A DNA stretch of 64,000 nt. It comes from Thermodesulfobacteriota bacterium (GTDB lineage: Bacteria > Desulfobacterota_D > UBA1144 > Nemesobacterales > Mycalebacteriaceae). Positions 22,039 through 33,538 of this stretch are shown here, in pieces (position 1 is the stretch's first letter; each line of letters starts with the position of its first letter). The notes beneath the pieces are model-generated. The model made no database searches, was not told the origin of the DNA, and saw only the letters and a list, made by a program, of their open reading frames with translations. The translations under genes were made by a program, and so were the position numbers. Location of the stretch: NCBI GenBank assembly GCA_965198945.1, contig CBDAQI010000004.1, positions 32,001 to 96,000 of the forward strand, given 5' to 3'.

Positions 22039-23007
22039 ATGATTTCCATCAGGGACGGCGCCGCAGGAATTGCCAAATATGCTTATTCCAAAGCCGCCGG
22101 AAGGCCCATTCTCGCCAACCTTGAAGTTACAAAACTTTGCAACGCGACCTGTGATTTTTGCGACTATTGGCAGACTCGCCACGAAATCCGTCTTGATGAC
22201 TACCGGCCCGTTATAAAGAAAATCAACCCGCTTGTTACGGTTGTAACCGGCGGAGAGCCGATGCTGAGAAAAGATTTGCCCGACATTTTCACTCAGATAA
22301 AAGAGTCTTCAGCTTACGTTTTCACTTCAATGGTTACTAAGGGCGACCTGCTTGACATAGACAAAGCGCACAAGCTTTTTGACGCGGGTATGGACCAGAT
22401 TGCAATTTCACTTGATTTCCCCGGAGAGCGCCATGACCAATACAGGGGTATAAAAGGGCTTTGGAAATACATTTCCGAACTGATGCCGGCCATGGCAAAG
22501 GAATTCCCGAAAAAAAGCGTCATAGTTAACACTGTCATCATGGACGACAATCTGGATGAGATTCTGAATATTGCGGACAAGGCCAGAGAGTGGGGAATTG
22601 GAATATCTTTCAGTTCGTATTCGGTTATGAAAACAAACAACGAATCGCATTTTGTTGACTCGAAACACATAGGGCGTGTGCGTGCCCTGATAGACGCGAT
22701 AATTGAGCGGCGTCGCAGGTGGAAGGGTACAATACTTTCAAGTGAATACTACTTGAATGAGATTCCCTCATATTTTGAGCGCGGCGGTGTGCCGGAGTGC
22801 ACCGCCGGTATTGAGCATTTGCAGATAACTCCGAGCGGCCATATAAAAAGATGCAGTGAGATGCCGGTTGTGGCACATTGGTCGGAATACAGTCCCGACC
22901 TTTTTCAGAAGACAAAATGCGAAGCGTGCTGGTTCAGCTGCAGAGGCGAAACGCAGGCCCCGCCGTCAGTCAAAAGAGCTCTTGAATATATGGGGATATG
23001 GCTTTAG
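22039..23007 (+). CDS. Radical SAM protein with C-terminal Cys-rich (SPASM/twitch-like) domain
   Basis: CNATCDFC, TGGEP, C-terminal C..C..CEACWFSC. Confidence 0.85.
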   Translation: MISIRDGAAGIAKYAYSKAAGRPILANLEVTKLCNATCDFCDYWQTRHEIRLDDYRPVIKKINPLVTVVTGGEPMLRKDLPDIFTQIKESSAYVFTSMVTKGDLLDIDKAHKLFDAGMDQIAISLDFPGERHDQYRGIKGLWKYISELMPAMAKEFPKKSVIVNTVIMDDNLDEILNIADKAREWGIGISFSSYSVMKTNNESHFVDSKHIGRVRALIDAIIERRRRWKGTILSSEYYLNEIPSYFERGGVPECTAGIEHLQITPSGHIKRCSEMPVVAHWSEYSPDLFQKTKCEACWFSCRGETQAPPSVKRALEYMGIWL

Positions 23008-23141
23008 AAAGAACCGGGGTGAGGATTGATTCATCTCTTTTTAGAATTAAGCTGCAGATCAAGGCTTGATTTGATTCTTTTATAAATGTTACAATATAAA
23101 GTAATCGGGTCAATTTGTTTTTGCCGCAGGAGTTGAACAAG

Positions 23142-24764
23142 ATGCATTTTTTCAGGTCTACATTTGTATCTTTGTGTTTATTTTTTCTATCATCAGTTTC
23201 TTCATTTGGTTCCGTTTCTGTATCTGTTTTAGAGGGTTCCGCGCCTTCTCTTCCTGATTTGAGTTATGAGTCTTCTTTTCTTGACAGTATGAAGATTTCC
23301 CCTTCCGATGCCGGTGTTATTGCGGGCGGTCTTGACGGCGGTGATTTGGGTGAGAGTGTGAAGGGTCTTCTGGGAGTTCGTCTTCAGGCTGCCGCGGATG
23401 CGTTTGTGGATTCACAGACGGGCATGATAGAAGACAGGTTTGAGCGTTCCGCGCTGGTGTCTTCTCTGCACCTTGAGTGGAAGAGTCCGCTTGCGGGGCG
23501 GAAGCATTTTTTTCAATTTGACACTGTGATAGCGCCGATTGATTCCGAGCATTGGACGTTTATGGTTCAGAGCGGCGCACAGTTGAGGGATGTGAAGCCC
23601 GCTTTTTACGGTGGGGGTGTGCTGCGTGCTAATTTTGAGGGGTGGTTTGTGCCGGGGGTGAATTTTTTCTACGACTATCTGGATGACCTTGGCAAGCATC
23701 ACCGTTTTTCATGGGGCGGTGAGATTAAGACGAGGTATCTGGATTTTTATGCGAACAGGTATTGGAGTGTGGGCAAGAAGCGTGGTAATTACCTGCCCGC
23801 GTCTGCGGACATGCGGAGGCAGTATGTGTTCAGTCCTGACGGATGGGACACGGGAGTTGTGGCACAGTTTGATTATGTTCCTTGGTTTGATGTTGAGGCG
23901 AGGTATTACAGGTGGAAGATACCCGTTCGTGAGGGGGATCTTGTGGACACGGTGGGCAATGGTGGAGATTTGGAGGGAGTTTTATTTCGTTTTGGTTTGA
24001 GTCCGTTTCCTTTGCTGAAGTTCAATGTGAGGTATGACCGTCCTGACCGTCGTCAGGCTGAAGATTGGGGAGTGGGCGTGAGTTTGAATTATGATACGTC
24101 AAAGACTTTGTTGGAGCATGTAACGCTTTACCGTTTTGGAGGTGAGAGTGCTTCCCCTTGGTCTCGTCGTCATGAGCGTGTGAGGCGAGAGTATGAGCAG
24201 AGGATACAGAGCCTTGAAGACTTCGGAAAAATTAACATCGCAAGACTGCTTACTCCGGGTGAAAACCTGACAGCCGTTAATATTACTGGATGGTGGCCTA
24301 CTGAACTAAGTGAATCTGAACACTTGGCCAATATAATAGACGGACTAAAAAGAACCACCGGTAATTGCCGACCACCTGCTGGTGAAGATAATTGCGATAA
24401 CCAAATTATTCCAAATACTTCTAATGGTCAACCGACGGCAATCATCTTTGACTGGTCTTCTATAGGAACTTATCATCAGGGAGAATTTTTGTTTTATAAC
24501 CGGACAAAACCGCCTCCCAACTTCCGCCAACTCATAAATGGCTCAACAGTAGAGTTTTTTCTTGACAATACCAAAGTTGCAGAATCTACGCTGGCACAAG
24601 GCGGAGAAAATACAATTTTAAGTGTAACACCGAATCCGGAAGTGCGTTTTAACAAGATAGTGTTGACTTTTTCTGGAGCCCTGCAGAGCTTCCGTGAGAT
24701 TGAAGTATTAGCGACGCCTGTTCTGGCTGCGCCTCCTCCGCCCGATACGGTTGACGGAGTTTGA
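23142..24764 (+). CDS. Inverse autotransporter (intimin/invasin-type beta-domain) protein
   Basis: Signal peptide; GVNFFYDY, HHRFSWGGE, ANRYW, RHERVRREY barrel/linker motifs; short passenger. Confidence 0.7.
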   Translation: MHFFRSTFVSLCLFFLSSVSSFGSVSVSVLEGSAPSLPDLSYESSFLDSMKISPSDAGVIAGGLDGGDLGESVKGLLGVRLQAAADAFVDSQTGMIEDRFERSALVSSLHLEWKSPLAGRKHFFQFDTVIAPIDSEHWTFMVQSGAQLRDVKPAFYGGGVLRANFEGWFVPGVNFFYDYLDDLGKHHRFSWGGEIKTRYLDFYANRYWSVGKKRGNYLPASADMRRQYVFSPDGWDTGVVAQFDYVPWFDVEARYYRWKIPVREGDLVDTVGNGGDLEGVLFRFGLSPFPLLKFNVRYDRPDRRQAEDWGVGVSLNYDTSKTLLEHVTLYRFGGESASPWSRRHERVRREYEQRIQSLEDFGKINIARLLTPGENLTAVNITGWWPTELSESEHLANIIDGLKRTTGNCRPPAGEDNCDNQIIPNTSNGQPTAIIFDWSSIGTYHQGEFLFYNRTKPPPNFRQLINGSTVEFFLDNTKVAESTLAQGGENTILSVTPNPEVRFNKIVLTFSGALQSFREIEVLATPVLAAPPPPDTVDGV

Positions 24765-24835
24765 GAAGTTGAGCGCCGCAGTCAATCAAAAGATTCTTTA
24801 AGTAAAGGGATACTGTTTCAGAAAGAGTTCTTTTC

Positions 24836-25564
24836 TCATTCATCTATAAATACAACAGGGTTTTGCATTCCTTTTTTGAAATACTTGCGCACCGACTTGT
24901 GAATGTATAGATCCACAATTTTTTCAGGCGCTTCACAACCGCTAAATTCCCAACGGTTGGGATTGGGCGTTATATTTTTGCGAAAGCGGTATTCAGTACC
25001 TCCCGCTTTATGCCATTTCTCCACCTGAAATACACCTCTCACAATCCCGCCAGAAACACCAAAAGCATACAGTGCTTTCTGTCGCCGCTTCTGACCGACA
25101 ACCCAGACGCCGCGCGTCATTTCATAAACTTCTTTTTTTGTCATGTCGGGCTTGAATGTCCTGCCAATCCTGAAAAGAAGAACGGGATGGGAAATATCCG
25201 CTTCTGCGGCGGTTTCCCGAATAATAATTTCTCGCAAATTTTCGCGTCCATGTTCGGTGCTATGTCCGCGCACCAAATTTGTCAGACTTATAGTCCTGAT
25301 TAAGTCTATTATGCTCCTCTCAACGAGAAGAGATTGCTCTTCGGTTAGATTACGGGCAAGAATGTCAATTCTCGGTTCATGTCCTGAGGATCTCAGCTCT
25401 TGCAACCACCCTGTTTTTGCAGACTCTCTTTTGTCTTCCAGATGTGAGACGGTGCGATTTCCGAAACCCTTGCCGACATATTTGACTTGCCCGTTACGCG
25501 GGTCTATATAGAGGTAAACATAGTGGCCGAGTTTCTCAGCGACCTCACCTGGAATTTGGAGCAA
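24836..25564 (-). CDS. LEM-3-like GIY-YIG nuclease domain protein
   Basis: HYVYLYIDPRNGQVKYVGKGFGNR, LTNLVRGH, YEMTRGVW. Confidence 0.8.
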   Translation of the reverse strand: MLQIPGEVAEKLGHYVYLYIDPRNGQVKYVGKGFGNRTVSHLEDKRESAKTGWLQELRSSGHEPRIDILARNLTEEQSLLVERSIIDLIRTISLTNLVRGHSTEHGRENLREIIIRETAAEADISHPVLLFRIGRTFKPDMTKKEVYEMTRGVWVVGQKRRQKALYAFGVSGGIVRGVFQVEKWHKAGGTEYRFRKNITPNPNRWEFSGCEAPEKIVDLYIHKSVRKYFKKGMQNPVVFIDE

Positions 25565-25569
25565 ACTCT

Positions 25570-27009
25570 TTATGATTTCTTAAACCCCCAAGCGGTTCCC
25601 TCCGCCCGGTCTTCAAGAATAATACCTTTGTCTGTGAGGAACTGCCTTATTTCATCCGCTCTGTTCCAGTTTTTTTCTTTTCTTGCAGTTTCTCTTTCTT
25701 TTATCAGTTCCGTAACTTCCTTTTCTGATATTGCAAGATCTAACGAAGCCGCAGCGCTTTTCATGTAACTATCAGGTTCATCCGAAAGTATTCCGACCAC
25801 GCCTGAAAAATCATCTATTACCTCAAGAGCTTCTGAAACCGCGACTGACCCTTCAGGATTGGAATCAAGCGAGCGGTTTATTTCCCTTATCAAATCAAAC
25901 AGATGTCCTAACCCTTCAGCGGAGTTGAAGTCGTCACACATTGCTTTGAAACTGTTTTGCCTGAAACGCTCAACCGCTTCGGTCAGTTCCGGGTCTACGG
26001 CGCCTTTTCCTGAAGATGATTTTGCGCGTCCGACCGTTTTGTAAAGTCTTCCGAGAGACGATTCGGCCTCATCCAGCGCTTTTTCGGAAAAATCCGCCGG
26101 ATTGCGGTAATGGTGAAGCAGAAAGAAAAGCCTTATCGCTTCGGGAGACCACCTTTCAAGCGCCTGTTTTACCGTGAGAAAGTTATCAAGTGATTTTGAC
26201 ATCTTCTCCCTATTAATTTGTATCAGCCCGTTGTGCATCCAGTATTTTGCAAATCCGCCTCCGGAGGCTTCTGACTGTGCGATCTCATTTTCGTGGTGTG
26301 GAAAGATCAAATCTTTTCCGCCGCCGTGTATGTCAAAATCAGTTCCCAGATATTCCATGCTCATCGCGCTGCATTCTATGTGCCAGCCGGGCCTGCCTTT
26401 TCCCCAGGGGCTGTCCCAACTCGGCTCGCCGGGCTTTGCGGCTTTCCAGAGCGCGAAATCAAGCGCATCATCTTTCTTTTCATTCAGATCTATGCGCACC
26501 GCTTCAAGCATTGAATCAAGAGACCTGTGTGAAAGTTTTCCATACTCGGCAAACTTTCTTACTGAAAAGAAAACATCTCCGCCTGATTCATATCCGAGAC
26601 CGGTTGCAATAATTTTTTCAACAAGAGAGATAATCTTCAGGATGTGAGTAGTCACTCTCGGTTCTTCATCCGGTGTTTTAACGCCGAGAGCCTGCATATC
26701 TTCGCTATAGTCTTTGATGTATATTTCCGCAATTTCTCCGGAAGTTTTTCCGGTTTCCCCGGCGCGGGTTATGATTTTGTCATCAACATCAGTGTAGTTT
26801 CTGACGAATTTGACTTCATAGCCCGCATATATGAAAAACCGCCTTATGACATCAAAGGAAACGGCCGAACGCGCGTGTCCGAGATGGGCGGAGTCGTAAA
26901 CGGTGGGCCCGCAGACGTAGATTCCGACCTTGCCGGGGTTTTTCGGAATAAAAGTTTCTTTTTTCCGTGAAAGCGTGTTGTAGAGTTTAATTTCGGGGAG
27001 CTTTTTCAT
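25570..27009 (-). CDS. cysS: Cysteine--tRNA ligase
   Basis: CGPTVY, HLGH, PGWHIECSAM, KMSKS. Confidence 0.97.
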   Translation of the reverse strand: MKKLPEIKLYNTLSRKKETFIPKNPGKVGIYVCGPTVYDSAHLGHARSAVSFDVIRRFFIYAGYEVKFVRNYTDVDDKIITRAGETGKTSGEIAEIYIKDYSEDMQALGVKTPDEEPRVTTHILKIISLVEKIIATGLGYESGGDVFFSVRKFAEYGKLSHRSLDSMLEAVRIDLNEKKDDALDFALWKAAKPGEPSWDSPWGKGRPGWHIECSAMSMEYLGTDFDIHGGGKDLIFPHHENEIAQSEASGGGFAKYWMHNGLIQINREKMSKSLDNFLTVKQALERWSPEAIRLFFLLHHYRNPADFSEKALDEAESSLGRLYKTVGRAKSSSGKGAVDPELTEAVERFRQNSFKAMCDDFNSAEGLGHLFDLIREINRSLDSNPEGSVAVSEALEVIDDFSGVVGILSDEPDSYMKSAAASLDLAISEKEVTELIKERETARKEKNWNRADEIRQFLTDKGIILEDRAEGTAWGFKKS

Positions 27010-27232
27010 GTTGCCATGCGCTCAGTTCTGAAAGTTTTTTGGCACGGACAACTCTCTAACCGGAACTGCGTCATGCCGTACAAGTATAAATAATTACACT
27101 ATCCTATTTGCGGCGATAATGGAAAAATGCCACTTACGGTCGTGTAAAAATCTTATTTTATTACTGTTGTTGACTTTATGAACCGACAAAGTTATTCTAC
27201 ACGAAATTTTTGAGGATTTTTGGAGAAAGGAA

Positions 27233-27406
27233 ATGGGAAGAAAGTTTATTACTGCCGTTTCGGCTTCTATTTTTGGAATTTTATTCAATGTTTTTCCGGT
27301 TTTTGCCCAGGAGAATAAGTCTCCCGCCGCCGCCAATCTTGATGAGATTACCGTCTATGCGACACGCAGCCGGCAGCCGCTTTTTGATGTTCCGGCTATG
27401 GTTTCC
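27233..27406 (+). pseudogene. N-terminal remnant of a TonB-dependent receptor
   Basis: Signal peptide, TonB box DEITVYATR and FDVPAMVS, after which similarity ends. Confidence 0.7.
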
Positions 27407-27556
27407 AAATCTGTCCTCAAGACTCAGGCTGTGGAGTCCAGTAATTCTGTCTTTTTCCGTTACACTTTCGGCGACTGAATAAAGCGCTCTGTCAATTGAA
27501 CCCACACACGATGTCAGGCTGATTACAAGAGCGAGCAGCGCCGCCGTTTTTTTCAT
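27407..27556 (-). pseudogene. N-terminal remnant of a lipoprotein
   Basis: MKKTAALLALVISLTSC lipobox; overlaps the SDR stop; runs into antisense of the receptor remnant. Confidence 0.6.
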
Positions 27557-28347
27557 ATCAAATCTTCGCCGCCGTCAACTCCTATTACATTTCCGGTAAT
27601 CCAGTCCGCGCCGCTTTGGGAGAGAAGCACAATGGCTTTTGCGACATCTTCCGTGGTGGTCAACCGACCGGAAGGATTCACTTTCATCGCGTTTTCAACA
27701 AGCGCCTCATTTCCGGGGATTTTTCTGAGCGCGGGGGTGTCAGTCACTCCCGCCCTTATGGAGTTTGCGGTGATTCTTTTCGGCGCCAGTTCAACTGCAA
27801 GCTGGCGAATGTGGTGTTCAAGCGCCGCTTTTGCAGCTGAAACGGCCCCGTAAGTTGGCCAGACGCGGTGGCTTCCCGAACTTGTCATTGCAAAAATTCT
27901 GCCGCCTCCACCCATCATTTCCCGCGTTACAACGTCCTGCGCCCAATAAACAAGACTGTGCGCCATAACATCAAGTGTCATGTCCATATTTTTGTTGTTG
28001 AGCATTTCCTCAGGTTTATCCGATATGTAGTGTTTCAGGGTTCCGAAAGCAAGTGAGTGCAGAAGTATTTTTACCGGGCCCTCTCCGTCAGTATGTGAGC
28101 CGAGCGCGTCCAGAACTTCGCCTCGTTTTTGGGTGTCAGCCGCGTTCACATTGAAAAAAACGGCTTTGACCCCTTTGTCTTTAATTTTTTTTTGAATTTT
28201 CTCCACATTTTCCATCCCTGACCTTCTGTCCAGATGAACCCCGCAGATGTTCATTCCGTTTTTTGCAAGTTCCACAGCGGCGGCTTCACCGAAACCGCTT
28301 GAAGATCCAAGAATCAGCGCCCATTTGCCTTCAATTTCTTTTGCCAT
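27553..28347 (-). CDS. SDR oxidoreductase (enoyl-ACP reductase, FabL-like)
   Basis: LGSSSGFG, YGAVSAAKAALE, GVTDTPAL. Confidence 0.85.
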   Translation of the reverse strand: MAKEIEGKWALILGSSSGFGEAAAVELAKNGMNICGVHLDRRSGMENVEKIQKKIKDKGVKAVFFNVNAADTQKRGEVLDALGSHTDGEGPVKILLHSLAFGTLKHYISDKPEEMLNNKNMDMTLDVMAHSLVYWAQDVVTREMMGGGGRIFAMTSSGSHRVWPTYGAVSAAKAALEHHIRQLAVELAPKRITANSIRAGVTDTPALRKIPGNEALVENAMKVNPSGRLTTTEDVAKAIVLLSQSGADWITGNVIGVDGGEDLI

Positions 28348-28534
28348 CAGAAAACCGCCTTTCAGTCAGATTTACAGTTGAAAAACGTCCGCCAACTGTT
28401 TCAATATATTTACGGTAAAAATATCCAAATTCAAATTGTCGGAGCCCGTTACTATTGTTAAAATTTTATTGACAAACCGTTATCTACGATTGTAATATAA
28501 GAGCATACGTTCCTATTTTCTGGAGGAGACTTTT

Positions 28535-29194
28535 ATGAAGAGATTCACTTTTATTGTGCTTTTTGCAATCCTTGCTCTTTCCTTTGGCCCCGGAGCCAAA
28601 GCCGGAGTTATGGATGAAAGTGGTGGTTCGGCTTCGGGTTCTACCGGTGATGTTGCCGAATACATTGTTATAATGGGAGAGAACGGTTCGCATAACAAGG
28701 AGTTTATACTCCGGACCGGTTATTACTTCCAGAAAGCCGCCAGAAATAATGCCAAAGATGTGAGTGAGAACGGTTTTTCCATCGGTTTCGGTTTGTCGCG
28801 CTTTATTTCGGAACATCAGGTTTTCGGATTGGACATGCGCACGAGTCTCAGGGTTGAGCCGGATTTAATGATAGGTTTTACCGGTGAAGCGGATAAGGCT
28901 CTTAACCATTTCTCCGTTCCGGTTTTAATGCAGTTTGACTTTCCCGTTGAAACTTCCCCGTTTGAAATATCGGCCGGGGCAGGGTTTGGATATATGGCAT
29001 ATGACCTCGGAGACAAAATATCCAGAGAGAACATGATGCCCGCAGTAGGCAAGGTCGCTTTTGATTACATCAGGAGAGCCGGCATGAAGATGGGTGTTGA
29101 AGCCAAGGGACACTATGTGATCAATAATCCGGGCGGTCCGATTGATCAGTTATGGGGCTTCGCGGGTGTTGCCAGAATCTCCTTTTTGTTTTGA
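28535..29194 (+). CDS. Outer membrane beta-barrel protein
   Basis: GGAG RBS, signal peptide, amphipathic strands, C-terminal Phe. Confidence 0.7.
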   Translation: MKRFTFIVLFAILALSFGPGAKAGVMDESGGSASGSTGDVAEYIVIMGENGSHNKEFILRTGYYFQKAARNNAKDVSENGFSIGFGLSRFISEHQVFGLDMRTSLRVEPDLMIGFTGEADKALNHFSVPVLMQFDFPVETSPFEISAGAGFGYMAYDLGDKISRENMMPAVGKVAFDYIRRAGMKMGVEAKGHYVINNPGGPIDQLWGFAGVARISFLF

Positions 29195-29222
29195 TAACCG
29201 GGGATAGCTGAAATAATTTTCT

Positions 29223-29253
29223 AAAAAAGCGCCGGAAATTCCGGCGCTTTTTT
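29223..29253. terminator. Bidirectional intrinsic terminator
   Basis: AAAAAAGCGCCGGAA-A-TTCCGGCGCTTTTTT. Confidence 0.85.
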
Positions 29254-29263
29254 GTATCCGGTC

Positions 29264-29344
29264 TTGACAACACAAAACGGTTTCGTTACTTTTAGAACCC
29301 ATTCGTTTTTCTGAACGTTTGGGATTTCAAGTTCTTTGAAAACT
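29264..29344 (+). promoter_or_regulatory. rRNA promoter (TTGACA-17-TACTTT) and boxA-like GTTCTTTGAAAA
   Basis: Sigma70 spacing; boxA-like element at about 29331-29342. Confidence 0.7.
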
Positions 29345-29396
29345 GAATAGCACGCAGACAGCGGACAAATGCAGAGTCGTTTCCAGACGATAAAAA

Positions 29397-30956
<1,560 letters not shown>

Positions 30957-31042
30957 CTCACGGAGTAATTTTTACTCGCGAAAGAGTAAACACAACAAAA
31001 CAAACAAAATCGTTTGAATGAAACGGTTTTGCAGTCCGTCTG

Positions 31043-31068
31043 TCTGAGTGCTTTTCAGTTTTGCAAAG
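31043..31068 (+). repeat. 26-bp direct repeat, left copy (in 16S trailer stem)
   Basis: TCTGAGTGCTTTTCAGTTTTGCAAAG; one mismatch to 33129-33154. Confidence 0.85.
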
Positions 31069-31132
31069 GATACTTTTATTTAAGGATTTCTAACGTTATT
31101 TTCATTTCCTCTTCACATTCGTGAAATGTCCT

Positions 31133-33124
31133 ATGAATTCTGAGAGAGACTTCCCGTATACACGACATTTTTTGAAGTCTGTAATGCAAAAGCAGACATC
31201 AAATCTCCAAGAGCAAGACAGGCAAAGGTGTTTGGAATCTGCAAAAAGCTTTTATAGGTCATGCTTAAGAAAAAAATGTAGTTTCAGAGAACAGCCACAC
31301 TTGCTTCCCGGAGGTTTGAATCTTGAGAAGCTCAAGGGTGACAAATCAAATCTTTGGTCTATACGCGCTTCAGTAGAGTTGCGTATCATACTTGCAGAAT
31401 ATGGAGACTATTGGCTGTTTGTCAATGCGGGACATCATGACGCAATGTATGAATGGTCGGAACGCAGAGAGCATTGTTTTGACACCGCTCAAGCATTAGA
31501 AAGAGGTGATATTGCTTCTTTTACTGACGGAGAGGTTGAACAGGCGCTCCGAGGTGATGTTAGAGAGTGGATGGTTTTTCTTCATCCGGAACAGAGAGAG
31601 TATGTGCAACTCCGTTGTCGGGGAGCACTGAGAATCAGGGGCGGCGCCGGAACTGGCAAGAGTATTATTGCTCTACACCGTGCACTGGTTTTGGCGCAAC
31701 GCTACCCGGAAGAAAAGATTTTAGTTGCAGCTTTTCACAAATCTGCGGTTGCCAATCTTGAAGATCTCCATAGAAAAATGCCGCAGTCCGCATCAAATCT
31801 GTATTTCAAGAATATAGACAACATTGTTTGGAAATATGCAATCCGCAATAGCAGTCGCAATAGCAGTAATGACGAAACAGAACCAGACTTCCCCTATTAT
31901 CGCACGTCTAAGGTTGACAGAACAGATTTTCCAATTTATAGGCAGAAGGAAATTGATGGGAAGAAAAAAGCAGAAGATTTGTTCAAGCAGTATTTTATTA
32001 AACAGACTGCTCCAGGAACCGAACTTGAATCTTATTACTTTGATTACATCTACGAGGAAATTACTGCATGTATTTTGGGGCGTGATGCGGAAAGAGATGA
32101 ATACTTGAATACGGACAAATTTGAAAGGGTTGGGCGCAAAACTACCTTGAAGAGAAAAGCGAGAGAAAAAATCTGGTCTCTCTACAGCACTTGGAGGACA
32201 AAGATGCATGAAGAAAAAGTGTTTTCTTTTGAAAAACTACGTTTGTCTGCGATGAGATATTTAGAGTCGGGCAGCGCTTTCAAGGAGCCGCCTTATAGAG
32301 CCGTAATTGTAGATGAAGCTCAGGATATGACTTTGGTTGGTATGAAATTATTAAGAGCATTGGTTGCCGGAAAGCCAACAAATCCAATACCGATAGACAG
32401 ATTTGTAGCAATTGATGATATGGCTCAACAGATTTATCCGGGCGGGTTTCGTTATTCCTGGTCAGAGGTAGGGTTTGATAATCTGCAATCAATCATACCG
32501 TTGCCGGGCAACTACAGAAATAGCCGCGCCATTTTTAATGCGGCTCAAAAAGTGCGGGGCAGGAATTTACTTGTGACAGAAAGTGATCAGGATGAAAAAG
32601 CGTCTTTTCCGGAATCTGTTCGTGAGGATGGAGAAATGCCGATTTTTTTCAGAGTGGAAAAAGGACAAGAATATGTGAAGGTTTTAGAGCAACTGAATAA
32701 ATTGAAAGAACAAGGATTTAAGGAAGAAGAAATTGCAATACTTTCGCACAGACGAAATTATGTTTACAGATTGCAGGAATTTTTGGAAAAAGAAGGTATA
32801 AATTGCCGGCGCTTTTCACATGAGGCATTAGTTGGAAAAAACGACGAGCCGATAAGGAAGGATAGTGTATTGATTACGACCTTTGACAGTGCAAAGGGGT
32901 TGGAATTTCGTGCTGTAATTATTCCCAGGATTGGAAAGTCAAGATTTCCACATACAATACGGTCGACTGAAGAAGAATTTTTACAATTAGAGATTGATCG
33001 TTTGTATGTTGCTATGACGCGCCCAACTGAACGCCTTATCTTAATTGCTGATGAAGAGCCATGCGAAGCAATTATGAGCGCGCAAGATGCATTTGACGGG
33101 AATTTGTGGCAACCAAGACTATAG
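31133..33124 (+). CDS. UvrD/SF1 helicase with N-terminal RelE/ParE-like domain
   Basis: LEKLKG..NLWSIRAS.ELRII..AGHHD N-terminus; GGAGTGKS, IVDEAQD, NYRNS, SAKGLEF, LYVAMTR. Confidence 0.8.
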   Translation: MNSERDFPYTRHFLKSVMQKQTSNLQEQDRQRCLESAKSFYRSCLRKKCSFREQPHLLPGGLNLEKLKGDKSNLWSIRASVELRIILAEYGDYWLFVNAGHHDAMYEWSERREHCFDTAQALERGDIASFTDGEVEQALRGDVREWMVFLHPEQREYVQLRCRGALRIRGGAGTGKSIIALHRALVLAQRYPEEKILVAAFHKSAVANLEDLHRKMPQSASNLYFKNIDNIVWKYAIRNSSRNSSNDETEPDFPYYRTSKVDRTDFPIYRQKEIDGKKKAEDLFKQYFIKQTAPGTELESYYFDYIYEEITACILGRDAERDEYLNTDKFERVGRKTTLKRKAREKIWSLYSTWRTKMHEEKVFSFEKLRLSAMRYLESGSAFKEPPYRAVIVDEAQDMTLVGMKLLRALVAGKPTNPIPIDRFVAIDDMAQQIYPGGFRYSWSEVGFDNLQSIIPLPGNYRNSRAIFNAAQKVRGRNLLVTESDQDEKASFPESVREDGEMPIFFRVEKGQEYVKVLEQLNKLKEQGFKEEEIAILSHRRNYVYRLQEFLEKEGINCRRFSHEALVGKNDEPIRKDSVLITTFDSAKGLEFRAVIIPRIGKSRFPHTIRSTEEEFLQLEIDRLYVAMTRPTERLILIADEEPCEAIMSAQDAFDGNLWQPRL

Positions 33125-33128
33125 TCTC

Positions 33129-33154
33129 TCTGAGTGCTTCTCAGTTTTGCAAAG
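33129..33154 (+). repeat. 26-bp direct repeat, right copy
   Basis: TCTGAGTGCTTCTCAGTTTTGCAAAG, 4 nt after the helicase stop. Confidence 0.85.
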
Positions 33155-33431
33155 TGCTTTCCGGGTTTATCTGTATTCTTATAAAGTATAATCGGCGAGC
33201 TTGCCGCTCAAACCGGCGATATGGCACTGGACAAAACAGGCTTTGCTGAACCCCTCCGAGGTAGCACAGTCCGGTTATAGACTCTATGCCGCCGATGCCG
33301 CAAAAACTGTAAAGGAGATACACAAACTACAAAAGGAACGCTGGAGAATCAGCGATATTAAAAAAATGTTGGATTGAGGTGTGGTCTTTACTGTTTGCTC
33401 TTCCAGGACTTTTCAGTTTGAGAAAGGCTTG

Positions 33432-33536
33432 AAATTAGGTGTACACAATACTTCATTCATCTGAACCTCCAAGCATTGCGTTGTTTTCCACCGATTGCCA
33501 TACTGCCTGACGAGTGCAATACTTGTGTCCCCTGAC
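33432..33536. repeat. About 105-bp element, copy 1 (ends G..ACACAAT / TTGTGTCCCC)
   Basis: Aligns along its length with 34924-35032. Confidence 0.75.
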
Positions 33537-33538
33537 TG

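Noticed and set aside
27110..27135. Fur box upstream of the receptor remnant
   Set aside because: Only a GATAAT half-site; no convincing palindrome.
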